Assembly: GCA_963730935.1 (NCBI GenBank)
Contig: CAVSTP010000002.1
Coordinates: 960,001 to 1,024,000 of the forward strand
Direction: 5' to 3'
DNA: 64,000 bases
Origin: an uncultured Nitrospiraceae bacterium
Lineage (GTDB): Bacteria; Nitrospirota; Nitrospiria; Nitrospirales; Nitrospiraceae
The notes beneath the pieces were generated by a model. It was not told the origin of the DNA. It worked only from the letters and a program-made list of their open reading frames with translations, and made no database searches. A program made the translations under genes and the position numbers. Numbering within the stretch: position 1 is the first letter of the stretch; each line of letters opens with the position of its first letter. Below, piece after piece: positions 19,190 to 28,492 of the stretch.

Positions 19190-21505
19190 ACCGGGAGCGC
19201 GTGATCGCGCTGCTCTCGGTCCTGTTGATGGCCGGCGGCATGTGGCTCTCGGCGACGCACGTCTCCATCCACAGTGAATTGAGCGATCTGTTACCTGAAG
19301 GGACAACCGCCACCCAGCGCCTCTTGTTGACTCAAGTGCGAAGCGGTCTCGCCGGCCGCCTGATGCTGCTCGCACTCGAGGGAGGGAGCCAGGACGAGAT
19401 GGCGGAGGTCAGCCGGGAATTAAGTGAGCGGCTCCGGGCCAGCGGACGTTTTGCGCTCGTCGAAAACGGGGCGCAGGGCTTGACGCCGCAAGAACGGAAC
19501 ATCGTGTTTCAGGCACGGTATCTCTTGAGTTCCCGGGTCGGACATGAGGCCTTCACTAGCGAATCACTGCGAAAGGCATTGGAGCAGCGGCTTGACGATC
19601 TACGTTCCCCCCTAGCACCCCTGATCAAGGAGACGATTGCCGCCGATCCGACCGGAGAGTTCCTTACGATCATGTCCGCGTGGTCTGCCGAGGATAGACC
19701 TGCCAAGCATCGCGGCGTCTGGATTTCGAAGGACCATTCCAAAACCCTGCTCGTGGTGGAAACGAAGGCTGCAGGATTCGATGCCGATGCACAGGCCGCC
19801 GTCCAGGAGGAGATTCGGCAATCTTTCGCTTCGCTTGCCGGTCAGCGGTCGCACCTGCACCTCCTCATGGCGGGTCCCGGCGTGTTTGCCGTGGAATCCA
19901 AGCAGACCATTGAACAGGAAATCTGGTGGCTCTCGACCGGCTGCCGCCGTCTTGGTGCTGTGCTTTCTCTATGCCAGTTATGGCTCCATCGCGCTGGTGT
20001 TCCTGAGTTTAATTCCGCTGACGGCCGGTATTATGGCCGGGATGCTTGCCGTACAGGGCTGGTTTGGGTTCATCCACGGAGTCACCCTGGGGTTCGGTAT
20101 TACGTTGTTGGGCGTCGTCGACGATTATCCTATCCACCTGTTCAGCCATTTGAGTTCCCGTGGCTCAGTTGCGGCTGTCATGCAAGAAATCTGGCCAACG
20201 ATGCGGCTTGGCGTGCTCACGACGGTCATCGGATTCGCCGCACTGCTGTTTGCGGGATTTCCTGCCTTGACGCAGTTGGGCCTCTTTGCCGTTATGGGGA
20301 TCCTGACGGCCGCTCTCGTCACGCGCTGGATTCTTCCAAACTTCGTCCCGGACGGATTCGTTCCTCGACCGGTATGGCCGGCATTGCATGCGGAGCTCGA
20401 AGGCCTGACAAGGATGAAGCCGGTGATTCCGGCTGCGATCGTTCTTGCCTGCGCGACGCTGTTGTGGTCTCATACGCCACTCTGGCAGACGGATTTGGCG
20501 AGCCTGAGCCCCGTCTCGGAGGAGAAGAAGCTGCTCGACCGCCAGCTCAGAGCGGAAATGGGCGCACCGGACGTGCGTGATCTTCTCGTGATTGAAGGAC
20601 AAACCGAAGAAGATGTGCTTCAATACGGCGAGGTCGTCGATGCCAACTTGAGGCCGTTACGTAGCAGGGGAACCATCGCCGGCTATGATCTCATCTCGAA
20701 CGCTCTTCCGAGTCGTCGAACGCAGCAGAACCGCCAATCCCAACTCCCCGACAGATCTGTTCTGGCGCGCAACCTCGACCACGCACTCAAAGGTCTTCAT
20801 TTTTTGCCCGGCCTATTCACGCCGTTCGTTGCTGCAGTCGAATCCGCCCGCACGCAGCCCCCGGTCGAAAGAACGGCGTTCCAGGGAACGGCACTTGGGG
20901 TCAGGATGGACTCATTGATCTTCGAGCAGGGAAGGAGCTGGACGGCCATCGTGCCGTTGCGCGGGGTCGCGGACCGCGAACTGTTGGCCGCTGTCGTGCG
21001 CAGCTGGAACATGCCCGTCGTTACGTATGTCGATCTCAAGGAAGAGTCCAACCGCCTGATGACCGCCTATCGCGACCGGACATCGGTCATTGTCGTCTGC
21101 GGTCTCTTTGTCATCGGCGTCGTCCTCACGGTCGGCCTGAAGTCCGTCACCCTATTAGGGCCGATCATGTTTCCTATCTTGAGCGCGTTGGCGGTCGTCG
21201 CTGCCGTCCTAAACCTTTCAGGTGAGTCGCTCTCACTGTTTCACATTGCGAGTTTTCTGCTCGTGATTGGGCTGGGGCTCGACTATGCGCTCTTCTTCAA
21301 CCGGCTCGAAGGAAGCGAAGAAGGACGATTACGGACATTATATGGTTTGCTCGTGTGCAGCACGACGACCATTCTCGTCTTCGGCCTACTGGCCTCTTCG
21401 AGCATTCCGGTCCTCCATGCGATCGGTATGACGGCCGCGCTCGGATCATTCTGCTGTCTGCTGTTCGCTGGGATGATGGCGAAAAAGGTTCCACATGCCG
21501 CCTGA
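19186..21505 (+). pseudogene. MMPL/RND-family transporter (ApeM-like) split by a +1 frameshift at ~19937-19940
   Basis: Frame 1 reads MNRERVIALL...WWLST and frame 2 continues AAAVLVLCFL...GVVDDYPIH...GLGLDYALF; removing one base gives a continuous 772-aa ORF. Confidence 0.85.
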
Positions 21506-22706
21506 GCCAATGACGCCCGTGACCCTGTCTGCCTATACGCTGGTGACCGCAAACGGCCGCGGCGTCAATGCCGTATCGCAGGCATTGCGCGAGTGTCGGT
21601 CGGGCTTGAGGCCCTGTAACTTCGAAGATGCCCTCCTCAAAACCTATATCGGTCGCGTCGACGGACTTGAACAGTTTGCACTGGAAGATGGTTTGGAGCG
21701 ATTCGATTGCCGGAACAACCGGTTGGCCTGGCTTGGGCTGCAACAGGATGGCTTTATGGTCTCGGTGGCCGAAGCCAAGCAGCGGTACGGCGCCGACCGC
21801 ATCGCCGTCTTTATGGGGACCAGTACGTCCGGCATTCTCGAAACCGAGCATGCATACCGCAATCGTGATCCGCAAACCGGCGCATTGCAAGGGTCGTTTA
21901 CGTCGCGTTACCGGTACACGCACAACATGTTTTCGCTGGGCCATTTTGTGCGCTCATGTCTGGGGTTGAGGGGCCCGGCCCTCGTCATTTCCACGGCCTG
22001 TTCTTCGAGCGCCAAAGTCTTTGCGACGGCCGCGCGCTATCTTCAGGCCGGTTTGTGCGATGCCGCAATTGTGGGGGGCGTGGACAGCCTCTGTCTGACG
22101 ACGTTGTACGGGTTCTCCTCCCTGCAGCTCCTGTCGTCCCAGCCTTGCCGCCCCTGCGATGAAGATCGTGACGGCCTCTCGCTCGGTGAAGCCGCGGGCT
22201 ACGCCCTGCTCGAATCCAGTCAGAAGGTGAGAAGAAAGGGCGCCATTGCGCTGCTCGGATACGGTGAAAGCACGGATGGCTACCACATGTCCCACCCTCA
22301 TCCCGAAGGTGCCGGTGCCATTCGCGCCATGCGCCAGGCATTGAATCGGGCGGGTCTCCAGCCCGCGGATATCGACTACATCAACCTGCACGGGACGGCG
22401 ACAAGAGCGAACGACACAGTGGAGGATAAGGCCGTGCATGGAGTGTTCGGCTCGCAGACTGCCGCGAGCTCGACAAAGGGATGGACAGGACATGCGCTAG
22501 GGGCGGCGGGCATTACGGAAGCGCTGATCTCGGCGATATGCCTTACGCAGGGGTTTGTCCCCGGCACCCTCAACTGCCAGCGGGTGGATTCCGCCTTGGC
22601 CAGTCACATCTTGCGCAAGAACGAGGCCCGTTCGGTTCGGCGCGTGCTCAGTAATATTTTCGGTTTTGGCGGCAACAATTGCAGTCTTGTCTTGGGAGTA
22701 TTGTGA
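21495..22706 (+). CDS. Beta-ketoacyl-ACP synthase (aryl-polyene KS)
   Basis: STACSSS catalytic Cys, NLHGTAT, TGHALGAAG, FGFGGNN. Confidence 0.95.
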   Translation: MPPEPMTPVTLSAYTLVTANGRGVNAVSQALRECRSGLRPCNFEDALLKTYIGRVDGLEQFALEDGLERFDCRNNRLAWLGLQQDGFMVSVAEAKQRYGADRIAVFMGTSTSGILETEHAYRNRDPQTGALQGSFTSRYRYTHNMFSLGHFVRSCLGLRGPALVISTACSSSAKVFATAARYLQAGLCDAAIVGGVDSLCLTTLYGFSSLQLLSSQPCRPCDEDRDGLSLGEAAGYALLESSQKVRRKGAIALLGYGESTDGYHMSHPHPEGAGAIRAMRQALNRAGLQPADIDYINLHGTATRANDTVEDKAVHGVFGSQTAASSTKGWTGHALGAAGITEALISAICLTQGFVPGTLNCQRVDSALASHILRKNEARSVRRVLSNIFGFGGNNCSLVLGVL

Positions 22707-23497
22707 TGCGGGTCGGTATTGTCGGCGTCGGCCTTCTGAGCGCCGGCCTTGAGGGCTGGGTCAAGGGCCGCGAGGTGCTGGGGGGCACGCGGCCGTTCTA
22801 TTTCGACTCCCTGCCTGATCCGGACGCGGCGCTGTTGCCTGCGAACGAACGGCGTCGCAGCACGGCCGGAGTCCGCTGGGCCCTGCACGTCGCACAGGAA
22901 GCGATGGCGCAGTCGCGGCTCGATCCGCGAGACGTGGCCACCGTCTTTGCCTCATCGGGCGGCGAAATGGGGGTGCTCGATCAACTCTGCCGTGCGCTGG
23001 CGACGACCGAGCGCATTATTTCGCCCACATTGTTTCATCAGTCCGTGCACAATACGGCGGCTGGGTACTGGGGGATTGCCACGAGCTGCCAGCAATCCTC
23101 CACGGCTCTGTCCTGTTATGACGATTCATGCGCGGCGGGCCTGCTCGAGGCCGCGACCTATGCCACGATGGAAGGCTGTCCCGTCTTGTTTGTCTCGTAC
23201 GATCTGCCCGCGCCCGATCCGCTCATCCGAGCGCGGCCGATACAGTCGGCCTTCGCTACCGCATTGGTCTTGACCGCGTCGCCTGCCGCCGGGACGGCGA
23301 ACGCGACTGTTGCACTGGCGTCAGCTGAATGCGGAGATGTGACGGAGATGTCGGACAGCGAGCTCGAACGGCTGAGAGCGGACAATCCTTCCGGCCGTTT
23401 ATTGCCCATGCTTCGGGCGCTGGCGGGGACAGGCCCGGGCACCATCCGCATGAATTTCTTGGGCGACCAGCAGCTGGTCATGGAAGTTGAAGCATGA
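22706..23497 (+). CDS. Ketosynthase chain-length factor
   Basis: LPANERRR, ISPTLFHQSVHNTAAGYW; no catalytic TACSS motif. Confidence 0.9.
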   Translation: MRVGIVGVGLLSAGLEGWVKGREVLGGTRPFYFDSLPDPDAALLPANERRRSTAGVRWALHVAQEAMAQSRLDPRDVATVFASSGGEMGVLDQLCRALATTERIISPTLFHQSVHNTAAGYWGIATSCQQSSTALSCYDDSCAAGLLEAATYATMEGCPVLFVSYDLPAPDPLIRARPIQSAFATALVLTASPAAGTANATVALASAECGDVTEMSDSELERLRADNPSGRLLPMLRALAGTGPGTIRMNFLGDQQLVMEVEA

Positions 23498-23934
23498 CGC
23501 GTCTGACGAAAGAGGAGATTGGACGGCTGCTTCCGCATGGACCTTCCATGTGCCTGCTCGAGTCGGTGGAAGTCTGGGATGATCTCACCATCAGTTGTCG
23601 TACGACGACGCATCGGGATCCGAGTAATCCGTTGCGCTTCAAAGGACGCCTGACGGCTTCGGCCGGCCTCGAATACGCCGCTCAGGCGATGGGTGCCCAT
23701 GTCGGCCTGGTGAACGGCGCCCGTCAAACGGAGTACCGAATTGGACTCGTTGGAGGCGTACGGGACATTGTCTTCTCCACCGACCGGCTCGATGACCTAG
23801 ACGGCTGGCTCATCGTCAACGCAAGACGATTGGTTGAGGGGGAGCAAGGATACCTGTATCACTTTACCGTCTCGCACCAGACATCAACGCTCATCGAAGG
23901 ACGTGCGTCGATTTTCGTCAAGGCGACCGTGTAA
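23494..23934 (+). CDS. Hotdog-fold dehydratase (ApeP-like)
   Basis: LLPHGPSMCLL, GLEYAAQAMGAH. Confidence 0.9.
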   Translation: MTRLTKEEIGRLLPHGPSMCLLESVEVWDDLTISCRTTTHRDPSNPLRFKGRLTASAGLEYAAQAMGAHVGLVNGARQTEYRIGLVGGVRDIVFSTDRLDDLDGWLIVNARRLVEGEQGYLYHFTVSHQTSTLIEGRASIFVKATV

Positions 23935-24659
23935 TGACCAAAAAGCGTGCGCTTGTCACGGGTGGAAGCGGAGCGATAGGGGCGGTTATCTGCGAACGGC
24001 TGGCCGCTGATGGGTACGCCGTGATTGTCCACGGGCATGGGCACGCGCAATCGGCTGAGCAAGTGGCAGGAAAAATCGCTGCTAACGGCGGAACGGTCAG
24101 CGTGACGACGTTCGACGTCGTCGATGGGGTTGCGACGGCGGAAGCGCTTCGTGATCTGCTCAACGCGGGACCCATTCAGATTGTGGTGAACAATGCAGGT
24201 CTGCACGATGATGCGCCGATGGCGGGAATGACAGACGTCCAGTGGAAACATGTCATCGATGTCTCGCTCCATGGGTTCTTTCATGTCACGCAGCCGCTCT
24301 TGCTCCCGATGATCGGAACCAGATGGGGGCGAATCGTTTCCATTTCCTCGGTTGCCGCGATCATCGGCAATCGCGGTCAAACGAATTATGCGGCTGCCAA
24401 GGCTGGCCTGCATGGGGCGAGCAGATCACTCGCGCTCGAGTTGGCATCCCGAGGCGTGACGGTGAACGTCGTCGCGCCCGGCTTGATCGAATCTCCGGCT
24501 GCGAGACAGGCCTTTACTTCCGCGCAGGTGGAATCGCTGGTCCCGATGAAGCGTGTGGGAACGCCCGAGGAAGTGGCCGCGCTCGTGGCGTTTCTGGTCT
24601 CCGAACAGGCGGGATACATCACGGGGCAGGTCATCAGTATTGATGGAGGCATGGTATGA
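23934..24659 (+). CDS. fabG: 3-oxoacyl-ACP reductase (SDR)
   Basis: TGGSGAIG, NNAG, YAAAK, GNRGQTNY. Confidence 0.9.
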   Translation: MTKKRALVTGGSGAIGAVICERLAADGYAVIVHGHGHAQSAEQVAGKIAANGGTVSVTTFDVVDGVATAEALRDLLNAGPIQIVVNNAGLHDDAPMAGMTDVQWKHVIDVSLHGFFHVTQPLLLPMIGTRWGRIVSISSVAAIIGNRGQTNYAAAKAGLHGASRSLALELASRGVTVNVVAPGLIESPAARQAFTSAQVESLVPMKRVGTPEEVAALVAFLVSEQAGYITGQVISIDGGMV

Positions 24660-25522
24660 GCAGGTCCGCTGACGCCGCCCATGACTTCTGGGTTCTCATT
24701 CCCGCTTATAACGAGGCGCCGACGGTTCGTGAGGTGGCCGCTCGTGCCCGTCGGTATTGCGCCCATGTCATGGTGGTGGATGACGGGTCCACAGACGGGA
24801 CGCTTGAAGCCCTCGCCGGCCTGGACATCATTCTGCTGAGAAACGAGCAGAATCGAGGAAAGGGAGACAGCCTTGCGCGCGGATTTCAGGAGGCGCTGAC
24901 CCAGGGCGCGGTGGGCGTCATTACCCTTGATGCCGACGGCCAGCACGCGCCGGAAGAGATCCCTTCCTTCATTGCGGCTACGCTCGAGAATCCTGAGGCC
25001 TTCGTCATCGGCGCTCGGCGGTCACTCCAGCGAAAAAGCTCGAGCTGGAGATACCTCGCGAATCGCATTGCGGATTTTTGGATTTCATGGGCGGCTGGCC
25101 GCCCGATCGAGGACAGTCAGTCAGGATTCCGGTTCTATCCTGCCCGATTGCTTCGGGATCTCACGCTCAAGCATGGGCGGCAACAGGGTTTCGTCTTCGA
25201 AAGTGAAGTGATGATCGAAGCGGCCAGGCGGGGAGTCCGGTTTGTTTTCATTCCAATCGGTGTCGCGCCTCGAGTAGGTGCTCGCACGAGTCATTTTCGG
25301 CCAGTGGTGGATATCGTCAGAATCACAAAGATGATCGCGTTGAAGCTGCTAAGCCGCGGATTGTACCCGCAAGGCTTCTATCGGGCGTTTATTCGACAAC
25401 CTGATCCGACAATGAGGCCCCAACGAATGGTAGTCACGCCGAGAGCAGGAATGCCTGATTCCGACAGCCAAGAATCGCAAACCGTGCCTTGCGCCTTGCC
25501 GGCACAGGAGATGCGGTCTTAA
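24656..25522 (+). CDS. Glycosyltransferase family 2
   Basis: IPAYNE, VDDGSTD, DADGQH, DSQSGFR. Confidence 0.95.
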   Translation: MSRSADAAHDFWVLIPAYNEAPTVREVAARARRYCAHVMVVDDGSTDGTLEALAGLDIILLRNEQNRGKGDSLARGFQEALTQGAVGVITLDADGQHAPEEIPSFIAATLENPEAFVIGARRSLQRKSSSWRYLANRIADFWISWAAGRPIEDSQSGFRFYPARLLRDLTLKHGRQQGFVFESEVMIEAARRGVRFVFIPIGVAPRVGARTSHFRPVVDIVRITKMIALKLLSRGLYPQGFYRAFIRQPDPTMRPQRMVVTPRAGMPDSDSQESQTVPCALPAQEMRS

Positions 25523-25935
25523 TTCCCCGCTGCGCTGAGTCTCGCCTTGATTTCGTTGTCGAGACGCTCGATCCACTTCTGATAGTTCACGTGAATCGTG
25601 CGTTTGTCCGGGTCATACCTGAGATTACTGCTGTCCTTATAGAGAATGCTGTAATTCTTGGTCGTGTAGGGAATAGTGACATGAATCTGATGGCTCTGCA
25701 CATTGTATTCTCCGAGCATTTCTCCCGGCTTCACCGGCGTCATAATCCACGTTTGTTTGATGCCCGCATCGATAATGGCTTTTTGGACCTGGTCGAGCGT
25801 CGGCTCCTTCCCCGAGGCGGTTTGGATCGGGGCATCTTTCACTTCGTAGACCTGTCCTCCGGCTCTGCAACCCATCATCGCCACGACAACGAGCGATGCT
25901 ACGAACATTCGTACGGCCGTCTGTTTCATCGTCAC
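25519..25935 (-). CDS. Small lipoprotein (paralog of 26001-26411)
   Basis: MMGC lipobox; YSILYKDSSNLRY...IHVNYQKWI; GGAGG RBS. Confidence 0.8.
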   Translation of the reverse strand: MTMKQTAVRMFVASLVVVAMMGCRAGGQVYEVKDAPIQTASGKEPTLDQVQKAIIDAGIKQTWIMTPVKPGEMLGEYNVQSHQIHVTIPYTTKNYSILYKDSSNLRYDPDKRTIHVNYQKWIERLDNEIKARLSAAGN

Positions 25936-26000
25936 ACCTCCGGGAGAGTCATGTGGAATGGACGCATGCCGGTACGCAAGCGCCAGGACTGTGTCATGCT

Positions 26001-26411
26001 CTAATCGCCTGCAGCTGACAACCGTGATCGAATTGCACCATCCAACCGTTGAATCCAGCTGGCATAGTTTTCATGAATCGTCTGGGTGGCTTCGTCGTAT
26101 TTTAAGTTGCTGCTATCCTTGTAAAGGATGCTGTAGGACTTCGTGGTATAGGGAATCGACACCACCGCTTGGTGACTCCGAACATTGAGCGTACCGACAA
26201 TCTCTCCTGGTTTCGGGGCTGCCATTTGCCATCCCGCGGCGACGCCGGCGGCGATGATTTCCTTTCGAACCTGATCCATACTCAGCGCCTTCCCGGATGC
26301 AGTCACCACGGGAGCGTCTTTGACCTGATAGACTTGACCGCCGCCACGGCAGCCGATCACGCCGACCAACGCAACGCATACTGCCACAGCACACCATCCC
26401 ATTCGGTTCAT
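26001..26411 (-). CDS. Small lipoprotein (paralog of 25519-25935)
   Basis: VIGC lipobox; YSILYKDSSNLKY...IHENYASWI; GGAGG RBS. Confidence 0.8.
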   Translation of the reverse strand: MNRMGWCAVAVCVALVGVIGCRGGGQVYQVKDAPVVTASGKALSMDQVRKEIIAAGVAAGWQMAAPKPGEIVGTLNVRSHQAVVSIPYTTKSYSILYKDSSNLKYDEATQTIHENYASWIQRLDGAIRSRLSAAGD

Positions 26412-26436
26412 TGTCGACCTCCCGTTGAAGACGGAG

Positions 26437-27372
26437 CTAAAAGCTACCTGCTCTTAGTACGACTGGGCGGATCAAGTCAAGGTGGGGCATAGAGGCGTGC
26501 ATGATATTGGCTGCAGCGAAGCGCCGCTCAAACAAATGTTCCAACAGATCTCCGACGAGGGACAGGTTATGTGGGCCCATGCCCCTCCGGTTCCACTTCG
26601 ACATGGATTTGGGAAACACTTGGTCTTTCGCGCTTACAAATTCGGAGGGATGACAATAGAACACAAGATCTGTCGATTTTCGGGTGATCCAGGTGATCAT
26701 CTTTCCCAGCAGCGGTAGCCCCAACACTCTAAGCGTGGCGAGATTAATTGGAAAGAGACAGGCAGACGGCGGCACCTCTGTGATGATGCTCGCGCCCGGC
26801 CGGCCCAGATCGGTGGCACAGGGCCGGTAGGGTGCCGTGGGAGCCCAAAAATACTTGAGGTAGTGCACGCGTCCGAATCCCAGGTCGAACCGTCGAGCCG
26901 GCACCGAGGAATCGTAGAGATACCCTTCTTCCTCTAAAACGCGCAGCGTGGTTTCACCGACCCAGAGGTTGGGCGCGCGAAAAATTAGAGGACGGACCCC
27001 CGCCGCTTGCTCGACCGCCTCCGTGGCCCGGCGAATCCAGTCCCGTTGCTGCTCATATCCGGCTCTTCGGAAATCCTCGTCCTCGTCCAACCCGCCATGA
27101 GCCCAGCCATGGGTTCCAAGTTGGTGGCCTCGTTCATGACAACTCCGTACCAGATCAGGATAGGCCTGGGCAAAACGGCCGGTGAAGAAGACGGTTCCCG
27201 TAACGTGATAACGGCCGCAGCAATCCAACAGTGCTTCGAGTCCTCTCTCCGAACCCGGCACCCAGTCGCAGTCAATGGTGAAGTACAAGCGTTTCGTAAA
27301 CTCGAATGGACTGCGTGTACCGTTGAGCAGGCCGGGACGGTCTCCGTCGCCTGATCGGATGTGCCGCATCAC
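26437..27372 (-). CDS. Polysaccharide deacetylase family (CE4/NodB) protein
   Basis: TIDCD, GTHGWAH, FRAP, YDSS, YCHP motifs. Confidence 0.9.
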   Translation of the reverse strand: MMRHIRSGDGDRPGLLNGTRSPFEFTKRLYFTIDCDWVPGSERGLEALLDCCGRYHVTGTVFFTGRFAQAYPDLVRSCHERGHQLGTHGWAHGGLDEDEDFRRAGYEQQRDWIRRATEAVEQAAGVRPLIFRAPNLWVGETTLRVLEEEGYLYDSSVPARRFDLGFGRVHYLKYFWAPTAPYRPCATDLGRPGASIITEVPPSACLFPINLATLRVLGLPLLGKMITWITRKSTDLVFYCHPSEFVSAKDQVFPKSMSKWNRRGMGPHNLSLVGDLLEHLFERRFAAANIMHASMPHLDLIRPVVLRAGSF

Positions 27373-27429
27373 GGGCCTCTCCTGTCTGCGGGGTTCAGCA
27401 TGGGTGGGCGGAGACGCGCATCAAAGGGT

Positions 27430-28482
27430 TCAGTCGGTGGTCACGAGTCCTTCGATCTCCACAAGGAGCTCTCTGCGGCACAGATCGCCGTGGAGATACA
27501 GCAGGTGGCTGGACAGCAGAAATGGCGCGCCAAGAACTCGGCGAACAGTCTCCAGGTGCTTTTGGTTTCGCACGTAGACCTTGAAGATAGAGTGGAGTCC
27601 GGTCTCGCGCTGGAAAGAGGGCGTCATGCATTGGGCCTGTTCGATCAGCGCGCGCAGGTTCGTCACCGTTTCGAGAGCCTGCGCATCCACCAAGCCCTCG
27701 TGCTGGCTTTGATGTCCGACGACACTGGCGGTTCCGGAAATGAACAGTTGGGTCATGCCGTCAGACTGGCAGAGTGTGGCACGGGCAAACGACGGGCTCC
27801 GCGGGCCGTAAATCTTAGGGTAGTCGTAGGCATTGATTTGGCGTGGGCTGCCGAGGTGCGTGGCTGGATGCGCCCCCGCAAGAAAATAGATTTGAAGCGG
27901 TCCGCCTTGTGTTCCCACGGCCGTCCCCGCCGGCAATGAGCCTGGGAAACCTGGCAGGCTGTCAGCCAAGGCCTCGTGCCGTCCCAGGCAGAACAATCGG
28001 TACCGTTCGAGACCGTGCTGCTCTTCATTAATCCGAGGAAAGTAATTCCATACTCGCCACAGGTGCGGGAATCCCGATTCGCGAAGCAGACGCAGAAGCT
28101 GCTGATACGCTCTTTCGGTCGTATGGTTCAAGCCTGTGCCTGGGTCCTCGAACACCGTGATGGAACCGAACAGCAGATCGCCGCTGATCGCGGCGGAAGC
28201 CTCGCTGTCCTTGTACAGACGAACGGGCTGATCGGAGCTCCAGACCTCGCATCGGCTGGGACCTTCCAGGATGGGGAGATCAAGGTGAATGAGCGGGCAT
28301 TGAAAGGTCACGGGCAGGGAAGAGCCAAACGACACGACGGCGAGAGGGAACGTGCCCGATGTGGCCAACCATCGGCTCAGGTCGGCCGGTTCCACATACG
28401 CGATTTTGACCTGGCTTGCGGGGTCAAGGACACGTTGAGCGGATGCGGCGGAAGAGGAACTGTGACGATGTCGGATGCCCAT
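27430..28482 (-). CDS. Chorismatase, XanB2/Hyg5/FkbO family (hydroxybenzoate-forming)
   Basis: RVWNY, ERYRLF, YGPRSPSFARAT, ISGTASVVGH, DLCRRELLVEIEG. Confidence 0.9.
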   Translation of the reverse strand: MGIRHRHSSSSAASAQRVLDPASQVKIAYVEPADLSRWLATSGTFPLAVVSFGSSLPVTFQCPLIHLDLPILEGPSRCEVWSSDQPVRLYKDSEASAAISGDLLFGSITVFEDPGTGLNHTTERAYQQLLRLLRESGFPHLWRVWNYFPRINEEQHGLERYRLFCLGRHEALADSLPGFPGSLPAGTAVGTQGGPLQIYFLAGAHPATHLGSPRQINAYDYPKIYGPRSPSFARATLCQSDGMTQLFISGTASVVGHQSQHEGLVDAQALETVTNLRALIEQAQCMTPSFQRETGLHSIFKVYVRNQKHLETVRRVLGAPFLLSSHLLYLHGDLCRRELLVEIEGLVTTD

Positions 28483-28492
28483 TCGAGTATGC

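Noticed and set aside
19930..19945. Programmed frameshift or phase variation
   Set aside because: No slippery heptamer, homopolymer or tandem repeat at the site
19941..20580. C-terminal part of the 515-aa ORF 19033-20580 as real protein
   Set aside because: It is out-of-frame read-through after the MMPL frameshift; the transporter motifs are in the other frame
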